Source: Camelus ferus (taxonomy: Eukaryota). From it: a stretch of 64,000 bases of DNA. The stretch covers positions 76,820,001 to 76,884,000 of the forward strand of contig NC_045697.1 in the NCBI RefSeq assembly GCF_009834535.1. Reading direction: 5' to 3'. Below are positions 39,370 to 51,504 of the stretch, piece after piece (position 1 is the stretch's first letter; the number at the start of each line of letters is the position of its first letter). The position numbers and the translations under genes were made by a program. Under the pieces are notes generated by a model. That model saw only the letters and a program-made list of their open reading frames with translations, was not told where the DNA came from and did no database searches.

Positions 39370-40610
39370 CACAAAAAAACTCCCCAGAACTGTGGTATTG
39401 AAATACCATTTCCCACTGAAAGGAACCATAATTCCTTGGAGAAATGTCTGAATTCAGGTCTAGGATAAGAAATGATCAAGAGGAACCTGTAGCATTCTGT
39501 CATACTATGTAGCAAGGAAGTTGTCAAGACCAGCACAGTTCTGTCAAAGGGCTCAGAAGCCAACTTGGATAAAAGATGGGGCAATTTAAGCACTAATGGC
39601 GGTAATAACTACAAAGTATTGACATATTAAATTCATGAGCTTTTAATGACATTAAAATACACACACACTGATCATTTTGGGCAGATGCTAAGAATCCATT
39701 CATTATTTTGAACACTGATAAATAAAGGGAAAGAACTGGGCATGAAGCCTTCCTTTTCTATAAAACTGTAGCTCAGTGCAATTCAAACAGATGATGATAG
39801 GAAGTTTCTCTTTCTAGATATATTCCAGCTAATAAGTGAAAAAGAAAGACTAAAATTAGAAAATCACTTTTTGCAACCCCTAATGAATTGACAGTTCCAA
39901 TGAATGTTCATCAAAGTCAAATGAGAGAGAGAGCAAAGATTAGACATTATTTATCTCCCAGCAGAAGCCCCAAACTCCCATTATGACACAGTCTTGCCAA
40001 AACATGAACTTAATTCTGATCAAGCCTCTAGCTCTATCAATTTGAAGGCAATACAGGGAACAGAGGGACACATTAAAAGACACCTTTGGGAATGCAGTAA
40101 CAAAATCCAGACTGTGGGAAACTACAGGACAAATTACCTAATTTCTTCACAACAGCAGCAAAGAAAACAAGAGATAGAGAGGCAAACTACAGATGAAGAA
40201 AAATTTAAGAGCCATATCACCATCTGTGAAAAGGTTGGATCCTAGTTCGGACAAAAGAAATGCTAAAAACTTATTTTAAAAAATCAAGGAAATGAAAATA
40301 CTTGTGACTATTTGGTGATATTAAGAAATGACTGCTATTTATCGGGTGTGATGATGGTATTGTGGTTACAGCAAAGAAAGCGTCCTAAACTCTTAGAAAT
40401 ACATACTGAAATATCTGTATATGAAATAATATTTTATCTTGAATTTTTTTCAAAATAAGCCTGGCAGTGGGAGAAAGTGGGTAGGAATAGAGGCCATATA
40501 TGGATCATTGTTCAGGCTGATTGAGGATAAATTAATTTCATTAAGCTATTCTCAATACTTTTGCATTTTGTTCGTAATTGTCCATGACAAAAAAAAATTC
40601 TAAAATAAAA
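39370..40610 (+). mobile_element. Old L1 3'UTR (L1MC4/5- or L1ME-type)
   Basis: GAAATACCATTTCCCACTGAAAGGAACCA...CAAAATCCAGACTGTGGGAAACT...GATGGTATTGTGGTTA...GAAATACATACTGAAATAT...TTGTCCATGACAAAAAAAA. Confidence 0.8.
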
Positions 40611-41000
40611 ATCCTGCTCCTTATTTTATTCAAACTAAATGGTAAAGAAATTGGAAGAAACTCATAAATAATTTTATTTATAATAATCTAATAATATGTA
40701 ACAAAAAATGGAGAGCTATGAAAAGATGAAATGGAGAGCTATGAAAATAAGTCTTCACTATTTGGAAATATGCCATTTTCCCTATTTTAAAGAGTGTAAA
40801 ATGACCCTAGGAAGAGCTCTGGTACTTGTCTTTAAGGCTGGTTTTCTCAAGGAAACAGAAGGCAACGATATTAAATAAAACCCCAAATCCTTTCAGCAAA
40901 TTTTAATGTACCAAGCAGCAGCTTCTCCTTTTAAATACACTTCAGCTTCTTCCAAAAAACCTATCAATTTTATTTGTTTATTGAATATGGTCAATTCTAG

Positions 41001-41038
41001 AAGAAATATCTAGAGTAAAATTTCTGTCAAAACTAGAC

Positions 41039-41070
<32 letters not shown>

Positions 41071-41584
41071 TCTCAAAAAAACTACCTTACTCTATAACAA
41101 TCCTAATTACCAATTTTATTCAAGAATATATTATTACCCAGGGTGTCAGACATGATCTGCTATCGCATTTAATAAATGAACTGCTTGGAACTTCTACATT
41201 TTTAGTGAGAGTGATACCTCTTATACAATTGGGATGAGAACACAGGAGAAGGGGCATTCTTAATCTCCATATATAAAACATAAATTTCTAACAAGCAATG
41301 AATTAAACAATGTTATCTTTCTTCTCTGTCTCCCCAGTTCCATCCCAGAATTTCCTATTAAATATTATTGTTATGGTGACATATGACATATTTTTTAAAT
41401 TTTGAGAAAGATGGGCAGTGAAATTCTACTTCAATTCTTCATTCCCCATCTTTCACACAAAGAAATATCTAGAGTAAAATTTCTGTCAAAACTAGACTAT
41501 ATACATATATATATATATATATCTCAAAAAAACTACCTTACTCTATAACAATCCTAATTACCAATTTTATTCAAGAATATATTA
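41001..41584 (+). repeat. Direct repeat (41001-41133 and 41460-41584) flanking 326 bp of unique sequence
   Basis: The copies are identical except for an 8-nt difference in the internal (TA)n run. Confidence 0.97.
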
Positions 41585-43139
41585 CTTGAATCAATAAATT
41601 GACATTCATATTTACTTTGAGAGTGCAAAGGGTATTTTTTTCTTTACCTTAAAATGTGTCCCCAGAAAGGGGAAATCTAGGAAATTCTGAAACTTATTTT
41701 ATAAGAGACTGACCATAAAAATGGGTGTGCTTTTCCATCACAGCCACTTTATAGCATTATTCATAACACATGAATATCTTGAAGAGGTATTCAGCTATTT
41801 CAGAAGCCACAGAAAATCAATAAATAAAAAATGCTATCCAGGAAGGGTAAGGCTAAAACCATTTGTCCCTATGCCTTATCAACAGTGGACAGAATATACT
41901 AAATAGTAGAAATTAAAGGTTCTCATCAAAATGGAGCAAAATTTCAGACCAACAATCACTCTGGGGCGGTATGCATGTATAATTCTCAATATCCATTTAA
42001 AATTTAGTAAGTGCTCCGACAAAAGTTTTTTCTTAATTTAGTTTAGTGTAAACATTAATGATAGAGTCAGTAGTGATATTAAAGAAGTGTTACTAAAAAC
42101 ACTTTTCCCCATGAAATTTCCAAAGAAAGACTTTTTTTTCTAGGTTTCCAAATGTACCTCAGTGAGGTCTCCAAGAGGTATTTCCCACGAAGTCTATTAT
42201 TTGCAGATTTCCCCCTCTATTTCACCTCAAAGATAACTAGATATTTTAAAGTTCAGACTCCAGTGTAAAAATTCAGAAGTGAGTAATCTATATTATAGTT
42301 CCCTTGAGCTAATATAAAATTTTTCATCCATTTCTACTGAGGAAAGAAAACTAACCATTTGTCATTTAGCAAGATATTAATTTGTTTTCACTGTTGACAA
42401 GTGAGACATGGAAATGTTGTGGGTAGGGAGAGAAAAACAGAAGAGATGAAGGTCAGGTATCCCTCCCCTTCCATCACGCAACTTCACCTAAAATAAATGG
42501 ACAAAAGAGAGGTACCAGCACCTATTCAGAGAATAATGCTGATATCTCTAAAATCATAGTAACAAGTATCAGAAACTGATGGACTTCATACAAAGCTGAG
42601 CTGTCAATACGACTACAAATGACTTATTAAAACAAAGACATACTCCAAGATAAATCCAAGCTTTTTGTTCTTTTTCTCATTGTGGGTGTCTCATGGGACA
42701 AATTGCTTACTATTGAGCAGAGAAAGGGATCAATGCATAACAACATTTTTTTCTTAAATTCCTTTAACTTTGAATTCTGTGTAATCAACTCTTCCCACTT
42801 TTTTGTTTTTAAAATACAAATCTGAAAAGTGTCAGCTTAAGTTTTCAACATGCCTTAAAAACTTACTTATGTACATGGCCAATTTTCATAAAATCTACCT
42901 TACATGAGAAAACAGATGATTATTTATAGAATATGGTAGGAAACTTATTAAAAAATATTACATTTTAGGTTTAAAAATGCCAACTTTTGTCTTTGGACAG
43001 AGAAATGAAATACTGTGCTTAGGTTATATTTATTTCTATGCAGACTCTAAATCATAACATACATACATATGCATAAATTATAGAAATATTTAAATATATA
43101 CATATGGTAGTAAAAAGGCCAAATAATTATTTCTGAGAT

Positions 43140-43141
<2 letters not shown>

Positions 43142-43186
<45 letters not shown>
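43142..43186 (+). repeat. (TA)n microsatellite
   Basis: Directly visible. Confidence 0.97.
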
Positions 43187-43189
<3 letters not shown>

Positions 43190-43839
43190 CTTGAATAATA
43201 TGAGAAGATACAGAGAGACTGTGTATGTGCTATAGATTCAGAGAACAAATAATTGCTGGGGAAAGCTTTTCCTTTAAAGTTTTGCATGAATTCATCATCA
43301 TTCAGGGTGGAAGAAAGGTAGTAGCTACTGATCATCGGAAGCATCAAAGATCAACCCAGATCCATGCCTTCTGTATTTCTTGTCCTTCTATTCATACTAC
43401 ATTGCTTCCTTTAAGGTACCCATTGCAAGAGACCCCTGGTTCTACCATTCAGTGGTGACAGTGTGCTACTGAGAATGCTGAGGACCCCCATCACAAAGGC
43501 CAGGGGCACTGCAAGCCCTGTTACAGGAGCACTGAGAGATTCAAATGAGCACCCACTGCATTTTTCCCTTCTCTATTCTTGCCAACCTTTAGTTACTTGT
43601 TATTTATTTTCTGTTGACCCAAAACAATTAGCACCATTCAACTTTGGTCCTTTCTGTTACAATATAAATAACTCCCTTTCAGTCCTCCATCCTTCATTAT
43701 GATAGTTTAAAAAAATTAAAATAGTACTCATTACTATTTCTTCTTATATTAACAAGCGGCCATGCTTCCTATCACTCTTGAATCATCTCAAGGCTGGAGA
43801 AAACCAGGTTCTCCTAAAAAGGTACCAAATCAGTGATTT

Positions 43840-45480
43840 GCGATCTGTCCCCTTGGCTTGATATTCAGCTGGTACTTATCCAGGAAGCCTCACTCTCTCT
43901 ACTGTTTATGCTTTTGCGGTCACCTTGAAATTTCTTTACTCTTGGTTTCCATAATCCCATTCTGTGATTTACAGACTTCACTTTTTCTCACTGTCCCTGG
44001 AATGTTAATGTTTCTCAAAGTTCATATCCTTTACACTCATCTCTGTTAACTGTTTTTCTTGTGGGAGTTTACCAGCCTCTATGTCTCAACCTAAATATTC
44101 ATGCCTCCCAAATACATAGCTTTAACTCACATATCATTGCTGATCACCAGGTAAATATTACCAATTTCACCTGGGCATATTCTCCAAATGCCTCAAATGT
44201 AATTTGCACAAAACTGAATTTTTCAAACTATTCCTTCACTGCTCCCCATTCCTTGCCTTAAACTCACATTCCCCCAACTTACCCTACTTTGTTTCATCCT
44301 CTAACTTCAATCAAGAGTAATGGCACCACTGTCTACTGAGAGATTGGGTATTTATCCTTGATCCTTACCTCAGTTGTCACCTCATACATCTGATAAATCT
44401 TTCAAACCAATAGAGTCTGGATAACATATATTTCCCTCCCCCTTTCCCTTTCAGTCTCAGTTTGGCCCTTCATCTGCTCTTGTCTATACTACTGCAAGAG
44501 CATTCTACCTGGTTTCCATGACTCCAATCTCATCTCCCTGAAATTTGCTTCCACATCAGTTTGAGTGGCCTTTCTAAAATTTAAAGCTAGTAACATTTAT
44601 TCTTCAAGGATCCCTTCTATATAGGATCAGTTCAGAACTTCCATTGGCACACTTGGAAGTTCAGTCTTTCCCTGGCCACTGTTCCATATTTTTGTCCAAC
44701 CTTTCCTTGTACATCTACATGTGGAATCTTTATTCAGCCATAAATTGTGTTTCCTCAATGTACTGTGCTGTATTTTTGCAACTACTGTTCATTCTGTGTG
44801 GAATGTCTTCCTTTCTACTTCTCTGCATTCAGAAGGAATCAACTGCTTTGCAAGGGTAAGAGTCAGAATCCAGTCCAGGAAAATAGATTCTAGATGATGC
44901 TATGTCACAGTCACTCTTCAGTCGTCTTTAGCCTGCTTTGAAGTTCCAATAAATCCTCCTGGTGTCTCTTTCATTTTCAGTCCTCTGTCTTTGTTTGGTT
45001 CCTTTACAAATTCTTCAGCCCTCTACCCTCCACCTCACTTCCTATGTCACAGCTTGTTTATGTTTGTCTGGCTGAGTAATAAGCCAGTAATGTGCCCTCT
45101 CTGTCTGGGCTATGGAATCCTTCCTCTGGAACTATCTCTGACGAACATTCTGCTAGGTATAGCCCAGAGATTCCAGCCTAGATGTGGCCTCATCCAGTGG
45201 AGAAATGGCTAGATCTCCTGGCAAAATTCTTAGCCTTTAAGGCTCAGCTCAAACATTATACTCCTTTGTGAAGTTATTCCCGATCTTCCCAGTGTCATTA
45301 ACTCTTAGGCTTTGAATAAATTCCATTATATAGCTTTCATATTGTTATAACTAAGTGTTTACCTTTTTCCTTCATTAGGCTATATGCTCCTTAAAGGAAG
45401 GATGTAGTATTTATTTCATATCAACTGATACCAGATGATGCCAGGAATATAGTAGATGCATAATATTTAATCACATGATT
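43840..45480 (+). mobile_element. Degraded L2 LINE, apparently interrupted at about 44850-45225
   Basis: L2 blocks (TGCCTCCCAAAT, TTCACCTGGGCAT, GTAATGGCACCAC, CTTTCTAAAAT, TCTGTGTGGAATGTC) resume after the gap as TTTAAGGCTCAGCTCAAAC...CTCCTTAAAGGAAGG...ATATAGTAGATGCAT. Confidence 0.65.
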
Positions 45481-46109
45481 GAAAAAAGACTTTTCAGTGT
45501 CATTTTTCTACAGTAAATATTCCCTTAAGACTAAAGAAATTCATGTTTCAATACACTGAAAGAATCTTGTATTTAATCTTTGAGACTAAGATTGTGGTTC
45601 CCATAGGTTTCTGTTTATTCTCTCCAGCTTCTGTTTGTCTGTTTTTCTCTTACTCCCTTTTGCCTAATCTTTTGTCTTCGTCTGCACTAAATAAATATTT
45701 ATTTATTAAAGAAATGGTAAAGAAATGACTGAAATGGTTTAGTAGTACAAATTAAATCATCTCACTATATCCCCATCCTCTTATGAATAAGCATGGACAA
45801 TCATCTCTGTTGGATCTTCAGGAAGAGCTTCAGGATATTTAAATGAGGCCCATTCTCCCATCCCATTCTGTAGTGATCCATTTATTGTCATGGGAAGTAG
45901 ATGGGATTAAAGATGGTGACTTAAGGTACATTAAGGCAATATATTCTTTAAAGCTTGCCTGTTCATAATAAATTTGGTGAACTATGGAGTGAAAATTTCC
46001 TTTACCCCAAATTCCTCTGTTTGCAAATTATGCTCATTTGCTTTTTAGAATATGTGATTTTATGAAAGATTAGGGAAAACTGCTGTTTGCTAACATCAAA
46101 CTTTTCACA

Positions 46110-46965
46110 GCAAGGTGGCTAAGAGCACAGGCTAAGACGAGGTAGCCTGCTCGGGTTTGGATTTCAGGCCATGACTCCTTAGCTATATGTGGCAGACTTT
46201 GGCTACCTTTCCAGCAGCCATAGCCCCCTGCCCACTAATCTGTGCTTAAAAAGTCCCATTTAGTTCACTTTCCACTGAGGGTCTATTTTCATGCGAAGTT
46301 GAGCCCCTGTCCTCCAGGGAGTAAACCTTCACCGGATTAAGCCAATCCTGTGATAGTTGTCTCCTTTCCTGGTGACTGGTTTAAGCCTGAGCATATAGTG
46401 TGATTCTAGCCAAAAAAACCTCAGTAGAAGACTGCCTGTAGAGTTTCTGGCAAGGGATTTATATTTCTTAAGTAGAGAGAGAAGAAAAGGGCTTCTCTCT
46501 TTTTCTTTCTGTTTGGTGACAAAGTTTTCTGCCTATGATGTCTGAAAATATAGCAACCATTTTAAAGGGCAGCTGGTTTAGGGGGACAAGACAATTTGCT
46601 AAGGACAGACCACAAAGTAGAAAGATGGAAACAAAATGGGACTTTGATGATGTTATTGAGTTAATCAACCCCAGAGTAGCTCTACCTCTGGGCTTTTAGT
46701 TTGGTAAGATAATAAATGTCCTGATTGTTTTCTTTTCTTTTACTTATTATCAAAAGCATACTAACTGAAATGCTGTGTGACCTTAGGAAAGTTTCTTAAC
46801 TTCTCTGTGCTTCATTTTCCACTTTTGTAAAAGGTAAATAAGTTAATTAATCCTCACAGGATTCTTGTGAAGACTAAATAAAATGATATATGTAAAATAC
46901 TGAAAAAAGTTTCTATTTATAAAAATTAAATAATGCTTAACTTTAATTTTTTGTCATTATTACTA
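46110..46965 (+). mobile_element. MIR SINE split by an MLT1 LTR
   Basis: The 5' half GTGGCTAAGAGCACAGGC...CTCCTTAGCT (46110-46187) continues after the LTR as CTGTGTGACCTTAGGAAAGTTTCTTAACTTCTCTGTGCTTCA (46773 onward). Confidence 0.85.
46188..46772 (+). mobile_element. MaLR solo LTR (old MLT1J/K/L-type)
   Basis: TGTGGCAGAC...GATTAAGCCAATC...GGTGACTGGTTTAAG...GCAACCATTTT...AGAAAGATGGAAAC...CTACCTCTGGGCTT...ATAATAAATGTCC...AAAGCATACTAACTGA. Confidence 0.85.
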
Positions 46966-47963
46966 TTCATGAATTTGATTATGAAACTTTAGAATTTTTT
47001 CTTCCCTGTTGCTTTCAAAGGTTATCTAAAGAGATGAATAAATTACAAAAGCCAACATTTCTATTTTGCTATGCTAACTATTAAAAAAGCCAATTTTATT
47101 TTTATCCCTTGAGTATCTTTTCTCAGTCTATATTAAATTTTAAATTAACACTAATACACAAATATTTCCTTATTAAAAAACTATTCTCAAAAAAAAAAGA
47201 AAAATGAGCATAGTCCCAAAGAAAGTCAATTTTATATTTAATATAACCTGAAAAAATCGTATCATTACAGAGCAAAGAAAAATGAGTAAGTATATGATAT
47301 ACACTACTCCATCACACTTCTACAAAAGTTTTTCTATTCTCTATGTAGTGTTATTTCTGTTCTTATCCCAGATCTCTTAGAGGTGGAATCTTGCCAAGAA
47401 TGCAGAAGTCTGTTGAACTCTGTAGCAGTTTTACAAAATTGGCAAATGTCCACAAAAACTTGAAGAAGGACCACCAAATTCAGCTGACTTTGAACTAAAG
47501 ACCCCCATATGGTCAAGTGAAAATCTAATTGTTATGGGGAAAACCAGAGAACTGAATCAGCAGTGGTGGCATAGAAGCACTTCTTCAATTTCTTTGATAA
47601 GTGAAGAATAAGAAGGGCTTCTATACTAGAGAGAGAAAAACAAACAACAGTTTTAGTAGCGCTGGGGCAAATGTGAGTAATTTTCTCTTCTGATGTATTT
47701 CCCTGATCTTTTAGAAAAAAAAAAAAAAGGTCTCTCAACAGCACAGGAAGAAAACTGCTTCTTTAACCCCCTGATGACAGAAACAAATTGTTTTGCAGCT
47801 TTGGGAAGAGATTTGTCACAAATGTGCAAAGCAGATCCTGTATCCTGGACACTGTGCAGAGATGTAATATCACATTTTTAGAGAATTCCAAAGTGATCCC
47901 CTAATAACACAAGAGATTTTTTTTAACGTAAAGCTCTGTCTTGATGGTTTAGCATGTATGGAT

Positions 47964-48008
<45 letters not shown>
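47964..48008 (+). repeat. Compound (GT)n(GA)n microsatellite
   Basis: Directly visible. Confidence 0.97.
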
Positions 48009-48010
<2 letters not shown>

Positions 48011-48334
48011 TTGAGTGTAACTTCTGGTTTAAGTGTTATTGTCATTTTGCTGTAATTCTCAAAGTATCCAGGAGACTTATTTTTATAGCAGTATGGTTTT
48101 TGAAAATGCTTACTCTGTTGTTGTTTAATGGACATGTTTAATGTTTAAAGCCAAGTATACTTAAAACTAAATAGCTATTTATGGTAAATTATGCAGTATA
48201 GAAGTCTTCATGACTGAGCTAGCCATTCTATGAATCACTCCTTTAATGTTATTTCCATACATGAAAGTGTTCTTACAGTAACCTTTCATGAGCACTTCAT
48301 ATGCATCTAAATAAGTACAACATGTGTAGTGCAA

Positions 48335-48570
48335 AAAGTAGGAGCTGTAAATAACAGAGAGAATTAGAATCCAAATTCTGGCTCTGCCATTTAGTAGAAA
48401 TGAAATAGAAAAAAAATTATTCAACATCACTTAGTGTCTAGGTTCTTGATTACAAAATGAAGATGATAAAAACCAATCTTAAAGGATCATCATGAGCATA
48501 AAATGAGAAAATATATTAAGCACCTAGCAGAAGATCTAGAAAATAATAGATGACCAATAATTGCCAATGT
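48335..48570 (+). mobile_element. MIR SINE
   Basis: TCCAAATTCTGGCTCTGCCATTTAGTAG...ACAAAATGAAGATGATAA...AAGCACCTAGCA. Confidence 0.7.
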
Positions 48571-48679
48571 TCATTCCTCACACACACACACAAATGATAG
48601 TAGTTCAAGAATAAGATCCAAATATATTCAGAAATGAAAAGGGTCTTCCTACAGGAATTGTGAGACACTTAGTACAACA

Positions 48680-48899
48680 GATACTAACTAATTTATGTAA
48701 AATATATAAACAATAAGTTCTGTATAGCACAGGGAACTATATTCAATATCTTGTAGTAACTTATGGTGAAAAAGAATATGACAACAAATATATATATGTT
48801 CATGTATGACTGAAGCATTATGCTGTACACCAGAAATTGACACCACATTGTAAAATGACTGTATTTCAATAAAATGTATATATACAAAAAGAAAAAAAA
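48680..48899 (+). mobile_element. Lineage-specific L1 3' end with poly(A)
   Basis: CTGTATAGCACAGGGAACTATATTCAATATCTTGTAGTAAC...GCTGTACACCAGAAATTGACACCACATTGTAAA...TTCAATAAAA followed by an A-rich tail. Confidence 0.92.
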
Positions 48900-48984
48900 G
48901 TAAGCTCTGCATACATCATCCAGGTACAACAGAAAAACCCAAATGAATACTCAAATAAGTATCCAAAAGTAATATTCTTTGGAG

Positions 48985-49390
48985 TTCATTAAATATTAAC
49001 TGGTCATCTACTATGCGCTGGTAACATAGACATAAATGGCATTAGTTCCTAAGATCATTGGGCTCACAAATTAGGAGAGAGATTTACAAAACTGTATATG
49101 TGCAAAGACAGATAATCATATGTAAGTATGATTGCAGGACAGACATTCAATCCAGACTTGAAGGAGAGGGTAGAATTGGAAAGCTTCCCAAAGGATATGA
49201 CATCTGAGCTGAGTTTTGATGGATAAGGAGTTATGCAGGTGTGGAAGGTGATGGAGAGTGAGGTTGAGAGGTGGAATGTGACATCTAGGCTATGGGAGCA
49301 GTGTGTGAAAGTCAGGGAGACATGGGAAAGCAATCTGTATCCTGGGAATTCAAAGTGCCTCAGAAAAGCTGGAGCATAGAACTCAAAACA
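48985..49390 (-). mobile_element. L2 fragment
   Basis: TTCATTAAATATTAACTG...GGAAAGCTTCCCAAAGGATATGACATCTGAGCTGAGTTTTGATGGATAAGGAGTT. Confidence 0.75.
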
Positions 49391-51504
49391 CATTTACCAA
49401 TGTACTTTTTGGCAGGTACTAGAGTGTGAAGTCGCCAGTGCTAGATAACAGGGTCTTTTCTTTATGCAAGGCATGCACAGCACTGGTAGCAAATGAAAGT
49501 GGCAATCCAAATGCTCTAAAATTACCCTTGAATTTAAATTGTGGTAGTACTGCATCATCAGGACCACCCAATTTTTGATCTTCTGAAGGAAGAAGTAGCT
49601 ATATATTTAAGGCATAAGAAAATTGCCATCATAGTAAAGAACAACTCCAATAAAGTATTTGTTCAGGCAAAATCAAACTGCAGTCAAATTAGACACCTAG
49701 ACCACTAATTGTTAGAACAGTAAGAAGCAGGATGTTACAAAAAAATTTGGAATATAGGCATCCAATGAAATATATGTAAAATAGAAAAAAAATGCATTGA
49801 AATGGTTTTGGTCCAAAAGCAAATTCACATGTTTAAATAAGATTCAAAATAAGGTAAAACAATCCTATAATATTTAGAATCAAAAGTATACATCAAAAGT
49901 TTTCTTATAAATCATCTTATCCAGTAGATTTCAAACAGCAACTCAACGAATACCTACACCCAAATTCTGTGGGATTTGCTTAAACAAAAACAAAACATTT
50001 GATCTCTATATTTTTCTCCTTTCCATTTCCAGAGATTATTGTAGATCAAAACTCAGAATTTGAGATGGCATATGTGACAGGAAAGAGTAACTTCAAGACC
50101 ATGCCAAGACAGCTAGGAAGCAGCCATCAAGTGGCAGGTAATCCATAAACCTGCTACTTCGAAAAGAGCGTGGTGATGGACCCATTCTTTGTGCAATACT
50201 GACCTCTGAGAGTGAAATGGTAGTATGAGTGTGGTGGGCATGGGAATCTGTAGGTTGGGTTATATTTAGGGAAATATATTTGGTTAGTATGACTCTTTAC
50301 TGCTCTTTAACAAAAATCCCTTTTATATTTGGGAAAGGTGTCCGTGCGGTGATGTGTATGGGCATGTGAGTCTGTGTGAGCCAGTAGTTGGCCACTTGAC
50401 AATCATAAAGAATGCAGAAGCAGAGCAATACTTTGTATTAGCAGGGAGACCTAAAAAGGACACAGAATTAAGCAGAAAAGCCCACCTAGACCCCCCTGCT
50501 GGAGCTTCACCACTTCCCATACTATTTCCTCTCCCATGCTAAACTGAATATTTCAGGCTGTGGGAACTGCTGTAGGATTCACGATCTCAAAGGCTTTCTT
50601 GTGAAGAAAGGAAGAAAAATCCTAAGGACACCAAAGTGCATGTGGTGGGATTGAGTGGGGGCAGGTAGAGAGTCAAAATGTAAGTTTTTGAAGACTTTGT
50701 CAAAAGTCAGAGTAGGTTTCAAGTCACACAGCAAAACTAGAAAACAAAATGGGTAGGGCTTAACATTTTTAGCTCTTTTCATCTGAACTAAAGAGACAGT
50801 CATAACATCAATTTTATATCTATTTTTTCTATGTTCTAACTTCCATCAGTTATTCCTATTCCTTGGGTAATGTTGATGAAAGCTGTAGAATGGTATGTGG
50901 AGACATGAGGGGGTTCCAGCAGAGAGACGGGTAAGATATTAAACAATAAAAAGAATTGTGGCTTTTCTTACAAAAAACCCTTCCTGAGGCCAGGGTAGGA
51001 TAATTGCATCAAGGAATCACTAGTTCCAGAATTCTAACTCCTAATGTGTCAATGTGAGCAGTAGCCCCAGCAGCACTTAGATCTGCAAAAAGAGCATGAG
51101 ATCTGCTGCCAAGATGATGTCTCAACAGTACACATGAAACCCCCTCTGCTTAACATGTATCTTAGAGATGGTGACCTTTGGGTTACATACAAAAAGATAA
51201 GAGATAGTTGATCTGACTGAAGTTGGGACAAATTCCACTTACATATTTCAGTTGTTGTAGATTCATTGTCGAGACTTGCAACAATGGAAATGACACACTT
51301 TAAGACAGATGAAGGGGAAAAAAACACAGAATTTCAACAGCAGAAAGGGATCGTAGAAAAATTAATGGAAGTATAGACATATATCTAGTCATTCATTTAA
51401 AAGCATTTATTGAGAACCAACTATAGTAGGATGCAGTGTGATAATCATGAAGGGGATATATAAAGGTGAATTAGGTATTATTTGTGCTTTCAAGAAATAT
51501 AAGT

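Noticed and set aside
50120..50140. CTCF-like CCATCAAGTGGCAG
   Set aside because: Mismatches at core positions; too weak without binding data.
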